DNA of 64,000 nucleotides from Bacteroidota bacterium (GTDB lineage: Bacteria; Bacteroidota; Bacteroidia; Chitinophagales; Saprospiraceae): contig JBEEMZ010000002.1 of NCBI GenBank assembly GCA_041192405.1, positions 1,815 to 65,814 of the forward strand. Direction: 5' to 3'. The translations under genes and the position numbers were made by a program. Position 1 is the stretch's first letter. Each line of letters opens with the position of its first letter. Positions 49,284 to 57,214 of the stretch are shown piece by piece. The notes below the pieces were generated by a model. That model searched no databases. It was not told the DNA's origin and saw only the letters and a program-made list of their open reading frames with translations.

Positions 49284-49799
49284 ATGATTAAAATTTTTGA
49301 TATAAAAAAATGGAGCATTTATGGGATGATTCTTGCGGGTATTTTTCTGCAATGTTACTCCTTTAAAGGCGTTTCGATTGACTCTGATGTTAAAACATTT
49401 AGTGTTAATCTTTTTACAAATAATGTGCCTTCCGCACCGCCCACCATTCCTTTGACTTTTTCGGAGAAGTTGAAGGAAAAAGTGCGCAATAATACGCGGC
49501 TGCAAATGAGTAATGCGGAAGGCGATTTGACATTTACGGGTAGCGTTGATGAGTACACGGTGATTGCGGTTGCGCCGCAGCCAGGGCAGTCGGCTCCATT
49601 TAATCAATTGAAAATTGTTGTGAATGTCGAGTTGGTGAATACTAAAAATGAAAAAGGCAATTGGAAACAAGCATTTGGTTTTCAGAGCAATTTTGATGGT
49701 TCAAAAAGTTTGTTAACCGTTCAAGATCAATTGATTAAGGAAATTAGCGACAAAATTGTACAAGATATTTTTAATAAAGCATTTACCGAAAATTGGTAA
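49284..49799 (+). CDS. LptE-like lipoprotein (LPS assembly)
   Basis: 171-aa ORF. LQCYSFKGVSI lipobox-like start. FTGSVDEY..........A....L.I.V.VE..N and the C-terminal DIFNKAFTENW resemble Bacteroidota LptE family members (by memory). miaB...lptE...secG synteny. Confidence 0.6.
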   Translation: MIKIFDIKKWSIYGMILAGIFLQCYSFKGVSIDSDVKTFSVNLFTNNVPSAPPTIPLTFSEKLKEKVRNNTRLQMSNAEGDLTFTGSVDEYTVIAVAPQPGQSAPFNQLKIVVNVELVNTKNEKGNWKQAFGFQSNFDGSKSLLTVQDQLIKEISDKIVQDIFNKAFTENW

Positions 49800-49809
49800 T
49801 TTTTTGCTG

Positions 49810-49887
49810 CGAATTACACAAATTTTCACATAATTGTGATACAATTTCGCATTTTTTGTATCACAATTATGTAAAAATTCGTGTAAT
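49810..49887. repeat. 'cacgaat' family element, copy 6 (long palindrome)
   Basis: cgaattacacaaattttcacataattgtgatac ... gtatcacaattatgtaaaaattcgtgtaatt: ~30-bp arms. Confidence 0.85.
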
Positions 49888-49919
49888 TGGGGGCAAAATA
49901 TGAAAAAATAAAAAATAAT

Positions 49920-51392
49920 ATGACTCCAGAGCAATTTACATCCTACCTTCAAGACGAAGCATATTTACATCAATTGAGTTACCAAGAATTAAAATCTTTG
50001 GTAATACAATATCCGTTTTGTCAAAATTTTAGGATGTTGTTGTTGAAAAAAAGTCAGTTGGAAAATCATAAAAATTTGGAGGATGACCTCCAAAAAGCAG
50101 CTGTTTATGCTTCTGACCGTCGTTTTTTGTACAGAACCGTTAAGCGGTTGAGAAATCAAGGCATCATTTTGGAAAAAGAAACAGAAACGATTTTAGAATT
50201 AACTGATTTTAGTTCAATTGATAACTTATTGATTGACAAGCAATTAGAAGAAATTTTTATTGAAATTCAACCTTCACCAATTGAAAAAGAAAAATCAATA
50301 GGAGTTCCAATTCAGTCTTTAGAATTGGAAAATTGGATGCAACACAGCAATAAAAATAATGAATCTAAAGAATTTTTGTTTGAAATTTCAAGTTTGTTAG
50401 AAGCGGCAGATGCGGATAAAACAACAAAAAATGTCAGAAAAGAAGTTCCAGAACTTGTTTTTGAAGAGCCATTAGATTATACATCGCATTTGAAATCACT
50501 TTTTGAAGTACCTGCAAATGATGACAATTTGTTTGAAAATCTAACCGCTTTTGAACAAGGCATTCCGTTTGGAGAAGCAGCAGATGTTATCGAATCTTTG
50601 TGGATGCCAATTGAGGATGAGTTGACCGCAATCATGCCATTTAAACCACAAATTGTTTTTAATGAAAATCAAAATGAGTTGCCACTAAACATAGCTACAC
50701 AGCCAATTATTACCCAAGAAATGTTACCAATTGTTGAAAATAAAACAATTGAAATCCAATCTAATGATTCAGAATTAATTGATAATCAATTGATTGATGA
50801 AGATGATATGCTTTACGATAAAGACGAAAATTTAGAAAAAAACTTTGTGCATATATCAGAAGATGAAGCTATTGAAGATTTAATCGCAGAATTTAAAACA
50901 ATTGGTTTAAATAAAAATTTATCAACAACGCATTTCATAACCAATCATAGATCGGAGGAAACCGAAATGAAAGCGAAACAAGCTAAATTGATAGCGCGTG
51001 ACCCCGTTGATTTTAACGAATGGCTGCAACAATATCAACAAAATGTTTATGAAAATGGCTCAAAGCCAATCCCTACTTCAAACAATTTGGATAAGTTATC
51101 TGAAAAACGGACGGTCGTGGAATGGTCTGAATGGGTCGGTGCACCTACTACGAAATCCAAAAATGGGGGCGATAATGAAAAAAAAAGGAAAGATGAAATG
51201 CCTCTTTTTTTAACAAAAAGTTTAAAACAAAGAGAAGATATTGCCTCAGAAACATTAGCAGATTTATTGGCGAATCAAGGAAATATTGAGCAAGCAATTA
51301 AAATGTATGAAGTACTTTGTTTGGAAAATCCTGATAAAAATCGTTTCTTTGCGCAAAAAATACAATTGTTGAAAGAAAGTTTGAAAAAGTAA
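49920..51392 (+). CDS. hypothetical acidic protein with TPR-like C-terminus
   Basis: The ATG at 49920 (MTPEQFTSYLQ...) gives ~490 aa, E/D/N-rich, ending ...LANQGNIEQAIKMYEVLCLENPDKNRFFAQKIQLLK. Confidence 0.55.
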   Translation: MTPEQFTSYLQDEAYLHQLSYQELKSLVIQYPFCQNFRMLLLKKSQLENHKNLEDDLQKAAVYASDRRFLYRTVKRLRNQGIILEKETETILELTDFSSIDNLLIDKQLEEIFIEIQPSPIEKEKSIGVPIQSLELENWMQHSNKNNESKEFLFEISSLLEAADADKTTKNVRKEVPELVFEEPLDYTSHLKSLFEVPANDDNLFENLTAFEQGIPFGEAADVIESLWMPIEDELTAIMPFKPQIVFNENQNELPLNIATQPIITQEMLPIVENKTIEIQSNDSELIDNQLIDEDDMLYDKDENLEKNFVHISEDEAIEDLIAEFKTIGLNKNLSTTHFITNHRSEETEMKAKQAKLIARDPVDFNEWLQQYQQNVYENGSKPIPTSNNLDKLSEKRTVVEWSEWVGAPTTKSKNGGDNEKKRKDEMPLFLTKSLKQREDIASETLADLLANQGNIEQAIKMYEVLCLENPDKNRFFAQKIQLLKESLKK

Positions 51393-51450
51393 AGTTAGTT
51401 GGTTCGTTCGTTAGTTGGTTCGTGAGCTACCTAACAAACCAACTGACTAA
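51393..51450. repeat. 'ttggttagttgg' family element
   Basis: agttagttggttcgttcgttagttggttcgtgagctacctaacaaaccaactgactaa. Confidence 0.7.
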
Positions 51451-51501
51451 ATGTAATCAATTCAAAATCATATCATTACGTTTATAAAAAATTAAAAATA
51501 C

Positions 51502-51765
51502 ATGTTAACAGCGATTACTATTTTAATTGGCATTATTGCCCTTTTGTTGATAACAGCCGTTTTAATTCAAAATCCAAAAGGCGGCGGGATTGATTCAACC
51601 TATGGTTCGGGCGCGAATCAAATGTTTGGCGCGGCGAAATCTGCTGATTTTATTGAAAAAGCAACTTGGGCTTTAGCAGTTGCGTTGATTATTTTGTGCA
51701 TTTTGTCGTATTTTGCAATTGCTCGCAGTTCAGGCGCAGCAATGCCAGATTTATTATCAAAATAA
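51502..51765 (+). CDS. secG: preprotein translocase subunit SecG
   Basis: 87-aa ORF with two TM segments. LIQNPKGGG motif. Confidence 0.85.
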   Translation: MLTAITILIGIIALLLITAVLIQNPKGGGIDSTYGSGANQMFGAAKSADFIEKATWALAVALIILCILSYFAIARSSGAAMPDLLSK

Positions 51766-51786
51766 TTGAACTTGGATTTTGTGGAT

Positions 51787-51834
51787 TTATTAGATTTTGT
51801 GGGTTTTTGTTTGAAAATCCACAAAATCTAATAA
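51787..51834. terminator. hairpin between secG and the convergent methyltransferase gene
   Basis: ttattagattttgtgg ... ccacaaaatctaataa: perfect 16-bp arms. Confidence 0.65.
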
Positions 51835-51845
51835 ATTCAAACCTT

Positions 51846-52748
51846 TTAACCGAAAAATCCAAGTGAAAAAGGTTTAAAACGGGATTCAATTAAATCAAAA
51901 TGTTCTTTTTCGCGCTGTTCGTTGCGGAAAAAAACCATCCCGCACCAAAATAAATCCACACTCAAAGTCACTTTCGGATGATTCCGAATCGTTTCCCAAG
52001 CCTTTTCCATATCTTCTGACCAATGCACATCATCAAAAATTAAAACCGTTTTATCATGTGCGTATTGCAAACACATTTCAAAATATTGTAATGTCGGTTC
52101 GCAACGATGATTCCCATCTATAAACGCTAAATCAATGATTTTCAATTGTTTAAGTGCTTGCGGCAATGTAATTTCAAACCGACCTTCGATAATTTCGATT
52201 GGAATCGAAGTATTGGGTTTAAAATATTTTAAATATCCTGATGTTGCAGTGGTTAATTTTTTAAAACTTTTATATCGAAAATTGTCATAAAACCAGTTAA
52301 AATTCTCTCGTGCAACGGTGGCTATCGCAGGCGCACCTTCAAGCGTCGTCACTCGTGCAGGAGCCGCGCCCGCCGCCAAATATAACGCTGAAATACCAAG
52401 TGAAGTACCCATTTCCAACACATTGTTTGGTTTACACCAATGCGCAATCCGAAATAATCGCCGACATTCTGACGGAGACGACAACGCAGATGCTGCAATA
52501 GACCGAATCGGGCGCGTTTTTTGGTTGTTGACCAACGAACCTGCCCCATAATCCGCCACAGGAATCGTTTCTGAATTTTGCAAAAGCAGTTCTCGAAGCA
52601 TTTCAGCCTCTTCAAAAACATAAAATAAACGATGATCTTCCGTCAAAGCCTCTGCCAACGAGAACACAAATGGCGAATGAATGTTGTATTTTGTTTTGGC
52701 TCGAAAGTAAAATTTCAAAAAACGCCACAAGATTTTTAAATGATTCAT
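51846..52748 (-). CDS. class I SAM-dependent methyltransferase (O-methyltransferase-like)
   Basis: Start moved to the ATG at 52746-52748 (MNHLKILW...). VLEMGTSLGISALYLA motif I and AFIDGNH motif. Confidence 0.7.
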   Translation of the reverse strand: MNHLKILWRFLKFYFRAKTKYNIHSPFVFSLAEALTEDHRLFYVFEEAEMLRELLLQNSETIPVADYGAGSLVNNQKTRPIRSIAASALSSPSECRRLFRIAHWCKPNNVLEMGTSLGISALYLAAGAAPARVTTLEGAPAIATVARENFNWFYDNFRYKSFKKLTTATSGYLKYFKPNTSIPIEIIEGRFEITLPQALKQLKIIDLAFIDGNHRCEPTLQYFEMCLQYAHDKTVLIFDDVHWSEDMEKAWETIRNHPKVTLSVDLFWCGMVFFRNEQREKEHFDLIESRFKPFSLGFFG

Positions 52749-52925
52749 AATTTTACGAAAATTTTCGGATAGAAACGCAAAATCGGAATGGAAGCATTTC
52801 TTTTTCAACCATTTATTGAAAAAGAAATTTCCTAACAACCGTTTGAGCGCGTAAAAGTAGGCAAATTTGCAAATCTTGTTGGCTAAATCCAATAATTTAC
52901 CATTGTAAAACGTTTTAAATGCATT

Positions 52926-53447
52926 ATGAAAAAGAAATTTTATCTTATTTGTTCCCTTTGGACCCTCTCAATGATGGGTCTGCACGCTCAATCTTATGGC
53001 ACTGCGGTAGGTGCACGCGTCGGCGATGGCTTCGGTTTGACGATTCAACAACAAGTTGGAGACAAAGCAACCGTGGAATTAATTGCGGAATCTGTTTTTA
53101 AAAGTCATGATTGGACGTATTCTGCCATTTATGAACAACATTACAACATTATTCCATTTTTGAAATTTTTTAATTTTTATGTAGGAGTGGGCCCACATCT
53201 CTACCAGCCTGCGACTGGAAGTGCTATCGCAAGAGGCTATGGCGTTTCAGCAATTGGAGGCGTAGAATTAAAATTGGGGAATTTGTTGTTTTCCGTTGAT
53301 TATAAACCACTTATAAATTTTTCTGGTGGTAATAGGACGTTTGATGGACAAAAAGGCTTTTCAGTACGATATGTTATTTTTGACCGAATCAAAATCAAAT
53401 CGGGTCCTTCAGTCAAGGAGCGTCTGTCCAAAATATTTAAATGGTAG
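52926..53447 (+). CDS. small hypothetical outer-membrane-like protein
   Basis: 173-aa ORF with a signal peptide (LWTLSMMGLHAQ) and beta-strand-rich composition. No family recognised. Confidence 0.5.
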   Translation: MKKKFYLICSLWTLSMMGLHAQSYGTAVGARVGDGFGLTIQQQVGDKATVELIAESVFKSHDWTYSAIYEQHYNIIPFLKFFNFYVGVGPHLYQPATGSAIARGYGVSAIGGVELKLGNLLFSVDYKPLINFSGGNRTFDGQKGFSVRYVIFDRIKIKSGPSVKERLSKIFKW

Positions 53448-53547
53448 TCCGTTAACTAATTGATTATCAATATTTTAACGAAATATTTCACGAACCAACT
53501 ATAAAAAGAAAAAGTCGCAGGTTACATAACCTACGACTTTTATTTTA

Positions 53548-53623
53548 GGGAGAATGATGGGGTTTGAACCCACGGCCTCCTGAACCACAATCAGGCGCTC
53601 TAACCAGCTGAGCTACAATCTCC
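53548..53623 (-). tRNA. tRNA-His (anticodon GTG)
   Basis: Reverse complement: GGAGATTGTAGCTCAGCTGGTTAGAGCGCCTGATTGTGGTTCAGGAGGCCGTGGGTTCAAACCCCATCATTCTCCC. It folds as a cloverleaf with anticodon loop TTGTGGT. An encoded G-1 pairs with C73, which is the His identity element. One T:T mismatch in the acceptor stem. Confidence 0.85.
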
Positions 53624-53634
53624 AAATTACAAGG

Positions 53635-53721
53635 CGGAGGCACAGGGATTCGAACCCCAGGTGCGCTCTCACGCACGGCGGTTTTCAAGACCGCTGCATT
53701 AAACCACTCTGCCATGCCTCC
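53635..53721 (-). tRNA. tRNA-Ser (anticodon TGA)
   Basis: Reverse complement: GGAGGCATGGCAGAGTGGTTTAATGCAGCGGTCTTGAAAACCGCCGTGCGTGAGAGCGCACCTGGGGTTCGAATCCCTGTGCCTCCG. Anticodon loop CTTGAAA, a long variable arm, and a TTCGAAT T-loop. Confidence 0.85.
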
Positions 53722-53768
53722 ATTTTTATAGAAAAAGCCTTCGTTTGGGCTTTTTTCGTTTCGCGGTG

Positions 53769-53776
53769 CAAAGATA
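53769..53776 (-). promoter_or_regulatory. -7 box (TAtcTTTG) for the tRNA-Ser/tRNA-His operon
   Basis: Plus strand caaagata, 48 nt upstream of the tRNA-Ser 5' end. Confidence 0.5.
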
Positions 53777-53906
53777 TAACCTTTGTTTGAATTTGTAAAG
53801 TTTTTTTTTATTTTTTTTTCAAATTTCTTCATTTTTTTTTAATTGTCAGATTTTGATGACAAAAAAAGGACACAATTTCAAATTCATGTTAAACTTTTGT
53901 TTAAAA

Positions 53907-53939
53907 TTTGGGTTTTAAAAAAAAACTATTGTACCTTTG
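53907..53939 (+). promoter_or_regulatory. candidate Bacteroidota promoter (-33 TTTG, -7 TAccTTTG) with no annotated gene downstream
   Basis: tttg at 53907-53910 and tacctttg at 53932-53939, with 21-nt spacing. Confidence 0.45.
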
Positions 53940-54210
53940 TGGCGTTAATAAACTAAGTAACTAAGTTTATGAATGATCAACCGATTCTCATAGAAAAAAT
54001 CATTGAGTTATACCCTTTATTATTAAAAATAATTTTTGTTTATCGTGTTGGTGTTATGCTACGGGTGAGGCGAATAAACTTTCTTAAAGAGTTGATGTGT
54101 CAGAATTTTGTTTGGAAATAAAGTTTATTTGCCGTCATCTGTTTTAAAACATGATTCGGATAGATTTTTTTGTTACACGTTTAGGTTAAATTTGCATTCA
54201 TTTCGTAAAG

Positions 54211-54242
54211 GAGATTCTTGGGAAACAAGAATCTCTTTTTTT
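54211..54242 (+). terminator. canonical intrinsic terminator
   Basis: gagattcttg ggaaa caagaatctc followed by T7. Confidence 0.75.
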
Positions 54243-54246
54243 GAAT

Positions 54247-54293
54247 AAAAAAAGGTTTAATAGATTGATTATCAATCTATTAAACCTTTTTTT
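54247..54293. terminator. bidirectional terminator hairpin
   Basis: A7 + aggtttaatagattga tta tcaatctattaaacct + T7. Centred on TTGATTATCAA and downstream of the DUF3127 gene. Confidence 0.7.
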
Positions 54294-54312
54294 ATTTATC
54301 ATTCATCATTGA

Positions 54313-54771
54313 TTAAAACGGCAAATCATCATCGCCATCCAAATTCGGCGCGTCCGCAGCAGTCGGCAACGGCGGTCTTGAAGCAGGCGGCGGTGTCTGT
54401 GGAAGCGGCGCGTGATGTGTATGTGTGGGAGCATGCGTCGTAGCAGCAGGAGTTGTTGCCGCTTTTGTGGTCGGTGCAACAGGTTTCGCATCTGCACTCG
54501 CACGGTCAATTTTCCAGCAATTTAAATTTGTTAGATATTTGTCCTGCCATTCCCGTCCGCGCAGGTCGAAATGAACTTTAATCTCATCGTTTTCATTAAA
54601 ACTATCTAAAATAGCGCAATGATTTTGAACTAATTGAAACTTAATCAATTGTTTATATTGATTATTTCCATCTGTCATTTCTAAAACAAACTCTCGCGTT
54701 TGAAAACCGTTTGCGCCCCTTGCTGCGATGGGAAATTTTCTATGCAAAATCCCTGTAACTTCCAATGCCAT
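54313..54771 (-). CDS. DUF3127 (OB-fold-like) protein with Pro-rich linker and SSB-type C-terminal tip
   Basis: 152-aa ORF. The N-terminal ~95 aa (MALEVTGILHRKFPI...FQTREFVLEM......QLIKFQL.Q..C..LD......EIKVHFDLRGREW) match the DUF3127 pattern by memory. The C-terminus is ...PLPTAADAPNLDGDDDLPF. Confidence 0.75.
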   Translation of the reverse strand: MALEVTGILHRKFPIAARGANGFQTREFVLEMTDGNNQYKQLIKFQLVQNHCAILDSFNENDEIKVHFDLRGREWQDKYLTNLNCWKIDRASADAKPVAPTTKAATTPAATTHAPTHTHHAPLPQTPPPASRPPLPTAADAPNLDGDDDLPF

Positions 54772-54873
54772 ATTTTTGGTCGAATCTAATTTTAAAAAAA
54801 ATTTATTTAAATAAGATGCGAATTTAAGTACTTTTTTTGACTTTTTATCTAAAAAATCGCACTTTACACATAT

Positions 54874-55983
54874 TTATTTTTGCTTACTGTCGTAATAATT
54901 TTCCAACTTTTTGTTAACTGAATCTAACTTAAATTCAGGACGCGCAGGATCTTTTGCCAATGGCACATATTCATATTGTTTATAACTTTTGAATGGATTC
55001 ACATTAATATAACGGCGCGGATTCAAACGCAAATCTTGCGATAATAACCCAAATAAAGAGACCATTTTGTTAATATTGTAATATAAACTATCATCTGCCA
55101 TCAATTTCCCAAGTGTGCCATCCCCATTTTTCAAACGAGCTGTCATCGTATTCAAATCTGCAACAGATTTTTCAGAGGCTTGCAACGTTTTTTTCAACTG
55201 ATTTACCACTTCATTAGCACCATCTGTTGTCTTTTTCAAATCTAATTGTTTCAAATTCCCTGAAAAGCCTTCCGCATTTGCAATCACATTGCGAATTTGT
55301 TCATTTGAAGCCTTCAAATTACCTGAAACCGATTCCAAATTTTTAAAAACGGCATCCATATTTCCAGCAGTTGCGTTGATCAATTGATTCATGCCCGAGG
55401 TCGTCTTCTGCAAATTCTTAACACTTACTTCAATTTCTGTAAACATTTTGTTAATTCTATTATTCGGATCTTTGAAATCGGCGTTAATAGAGTCAGAAAG
55501 GGCTCTATATTCGCTCTTGACCTCGCCCAAATAACTCCGAAATTGCTCCGTCGGCAACATCGAAGATAGCAAACCCTTTGATGTACCTTGCAATACGTCT
55601 TTGTTCTGCGCACAGTCTTGCCCTGTACACGGGTTCGCGAACGTCAATTCAATAGCACTGCCGCCCATCATGCCATTGGCAAAAATAGTTGCCAATGCAT
55701 TTTTGGGAACACCAGGATTGTTGCTAATATTGATGACCAATGACGGTTTCCCATTTTCAAAATGGATTTCTTTGACCGAACCAATCGTCGCACCTTTGTA
55801 AAAAACGGGTGCAGAAGCCGTAATTTGTTGCACGTTGTCATACGGGATATGCAAATCAAGGGTTTTGCTCAATACATTCATGCCTTTCAAAAAACGCCAA
55901 CCAAAAGGAATGATGACTGCCAAAACCACAAATGCAAAACAGCCAATCGCAGAGGCTTGTTGTTTTTCTTTGGATAGTGCCAT
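54874..55983 (-). CDS. MlaD/MCE family protein
   Basis: 369-aa ORF with an N-terminal TM anchor, an MCE domain (...V.YKGA.IG.V..I...), and a long helical C-terminal region. Confidence 0.7.
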   Translation of the reverse strand: MALSKEKQQASAIGCFAFVVLAVIIPFGWRFLKGMNVLSKTLDLHIPYDNVQQITASAPVFYKGATIGSVKEIHFENGKPSLVINISNNPGVPKNALATIFANGMMGGSAIELTFANPCTGQDCAQNKDVLQGTSKGLLSSMLPTEQFRSYLGEVKSEYRALSDSINADFKDPNNRINKMFTEIEVSVKNLQKTTSGMNQLINATAGNMDAVFKNLESVSGNLKASNEQIRNVIANAEGFSGNLKQLDLKKTTDGANEVVNQLKKTLQASEKSVADLNTMTARLKNGDGTLGKLMADDSLYYNINKMVSLFGLLSQDLRLNPRRYINVNPFKSYKQYEYVPLAKDPARPEFKLDSVNKKLENYYDSKQK

Positions 55984-56142
55984 AAATGTTTAATTTTGAA
56001 CGAGTTACAATTTTGTTTGATAGCTAATATGAGCTTATGATAACTCAACATTTTACTAAAATACCGCCCCAAAAGGCGGTGAAGGAGATAGATAATTTCG
56101 ATTTTTTTCAAAAATCGAAATTATCTATCTCCAAAATAAATT

Positions 56143-57060
56143 TTAATTTTTTTTGGATTTCTTTTTCTTAGGCTCAAGTTTCTTTTTTTCGACAGGCGTG
56201 ACAATTTCGACCTCTTTTTTATACTTTTGAAACGCTGTAAAAATCGCATCTGTCAAGGTTTCTTGCCCTTTTTCGTCGCTAATATATAAACCTTCTGTAC
56301 TATGATTCAAAAAACCCGTCTCAATCAAGATGCTTGGCATAGCAGTTGCCTTTAATACCATGAACCCCGCTTGCTTCACGCCGAGACTCGTGCGATCCAT
56401 TTCCTGCATTTGTTCTTCCACGAGTTGCGCGAGTCGAACACTATTTTCCAAATAATTGTTTTGAATTAAGTTGAAAATAATATACGCTTCGGTACTCAAT
56501 GGGTCAAAACCAGCATATTTTTGTTTATAATTCTTCTCTAACAAGATAGACGCATTTTCGCGTTTGGCGACCTGCAAGTTCGCTTCTTTCTTATGCAAAC
56601 CTAACGTATATGTTTCTGTTCCTTGAACAGGATTTCCATCGGTAGAGTTGCAATGAATCGAGATAAACAAATCGGCTTTTGCTTTGTTAGCGATGTTAGC
56701 GCGTTCATCAAGTTCGACAAAAATATCTTTGTTGCGCGTGTAAACGACCTCAATATCAGGAAATTTTTTTTTAATTTTAGCTCCGAGCATCAATGCCATT
56801 TTCAATGTATTATTTTTCTCATAATGTGTAACTGATTTCTTTTCTTTGGTTTTGCCGACTGTGAACGTACCCGAGCAACCTGTATCATGTCCGCCGTGTC
56901 CTGCGTCAATCACCACTTTTTTAAGGCGATATTCGGCAGCGAGCAAAGTTTTTTTATCTTTGCTGTCCGTTAAGAAAACGTTAAAGTTCGCTGTTTTGAT
57001 GCTTTGCGTGGGCAGCAAACTGATGATAATCGTTGTTAGAATTAAAATGAAATTGCTCAT
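56143..57060 (-). CDS. N-acetylmuramoyl-L-alanine amidase (Amidase_3)
   Basis: 305-aa ORF. VVIDAGHGGHDTG, ADLFISIHCNS and ILIETGFL motifs. K-rich C-terminal tail. Confidence 0.88.
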   Translation of the reverse strand: MSNFILILTTIIISLLPTQSIKTANFNVFLTDSKDKKTLLAAEYRLKKVVIDAGHGGHDTGCSGTFTVGKTKEKKSVTHYEKNNTLKMALMLGAKIKKKFPDIEVVYTRNKDIFVELDERANIANKAKADLFISIHCNSTDGNPVQGTETYTLGLHKKEANLQVAKRENASILLEKNYKQKYAGFDPLSTEAYIIFNLIQNNYLENSVRLAQLVEEQMQEMDRTSLGVKQAGFMVLKATAMPSILIETGFLNHSTEGLYISDEKGQETLTDAIFTAFQKYKKEVEIVTPVEKKKLEPKKKKSKKN

Positions 57061-57214
57061 GCCAAGTTATTTGATAGTTTCAATATAGATTACGTCACGA
57101 AGGAATGAAATTGCGTTAAAATGTTGGTTTTTATTGATTTTAATACAAAAAATCAATCCAAAATAGCAGGCGCAACTTCAAAACAATCCTTTTTTATTTT
57201 TCAAATTCTGTTGA

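Noticed and set aside
49170-49670. 166-aa minus-strand ORF
   Set aside because: It spans the junction of two well-supported plus-strand genes (the membrane protein and the LptE-like gene) and has a basic low-information composition.
53548-53721. tRNA-His/tRNA-Ser pair as an integration hotspot for a genomic island or prophage
   Set aside because: No integrase, excisionase, phage gene or direct repeat of the tRNA 3' end was seen on either side. The flanking genes look like ordinary chromosomal genes.
53545-53832. 95-aa minus-strand ORF
   Set aside because: It is the translation of tRNA-His and tRNA-Ser and their leader, so it is not a protein gene.
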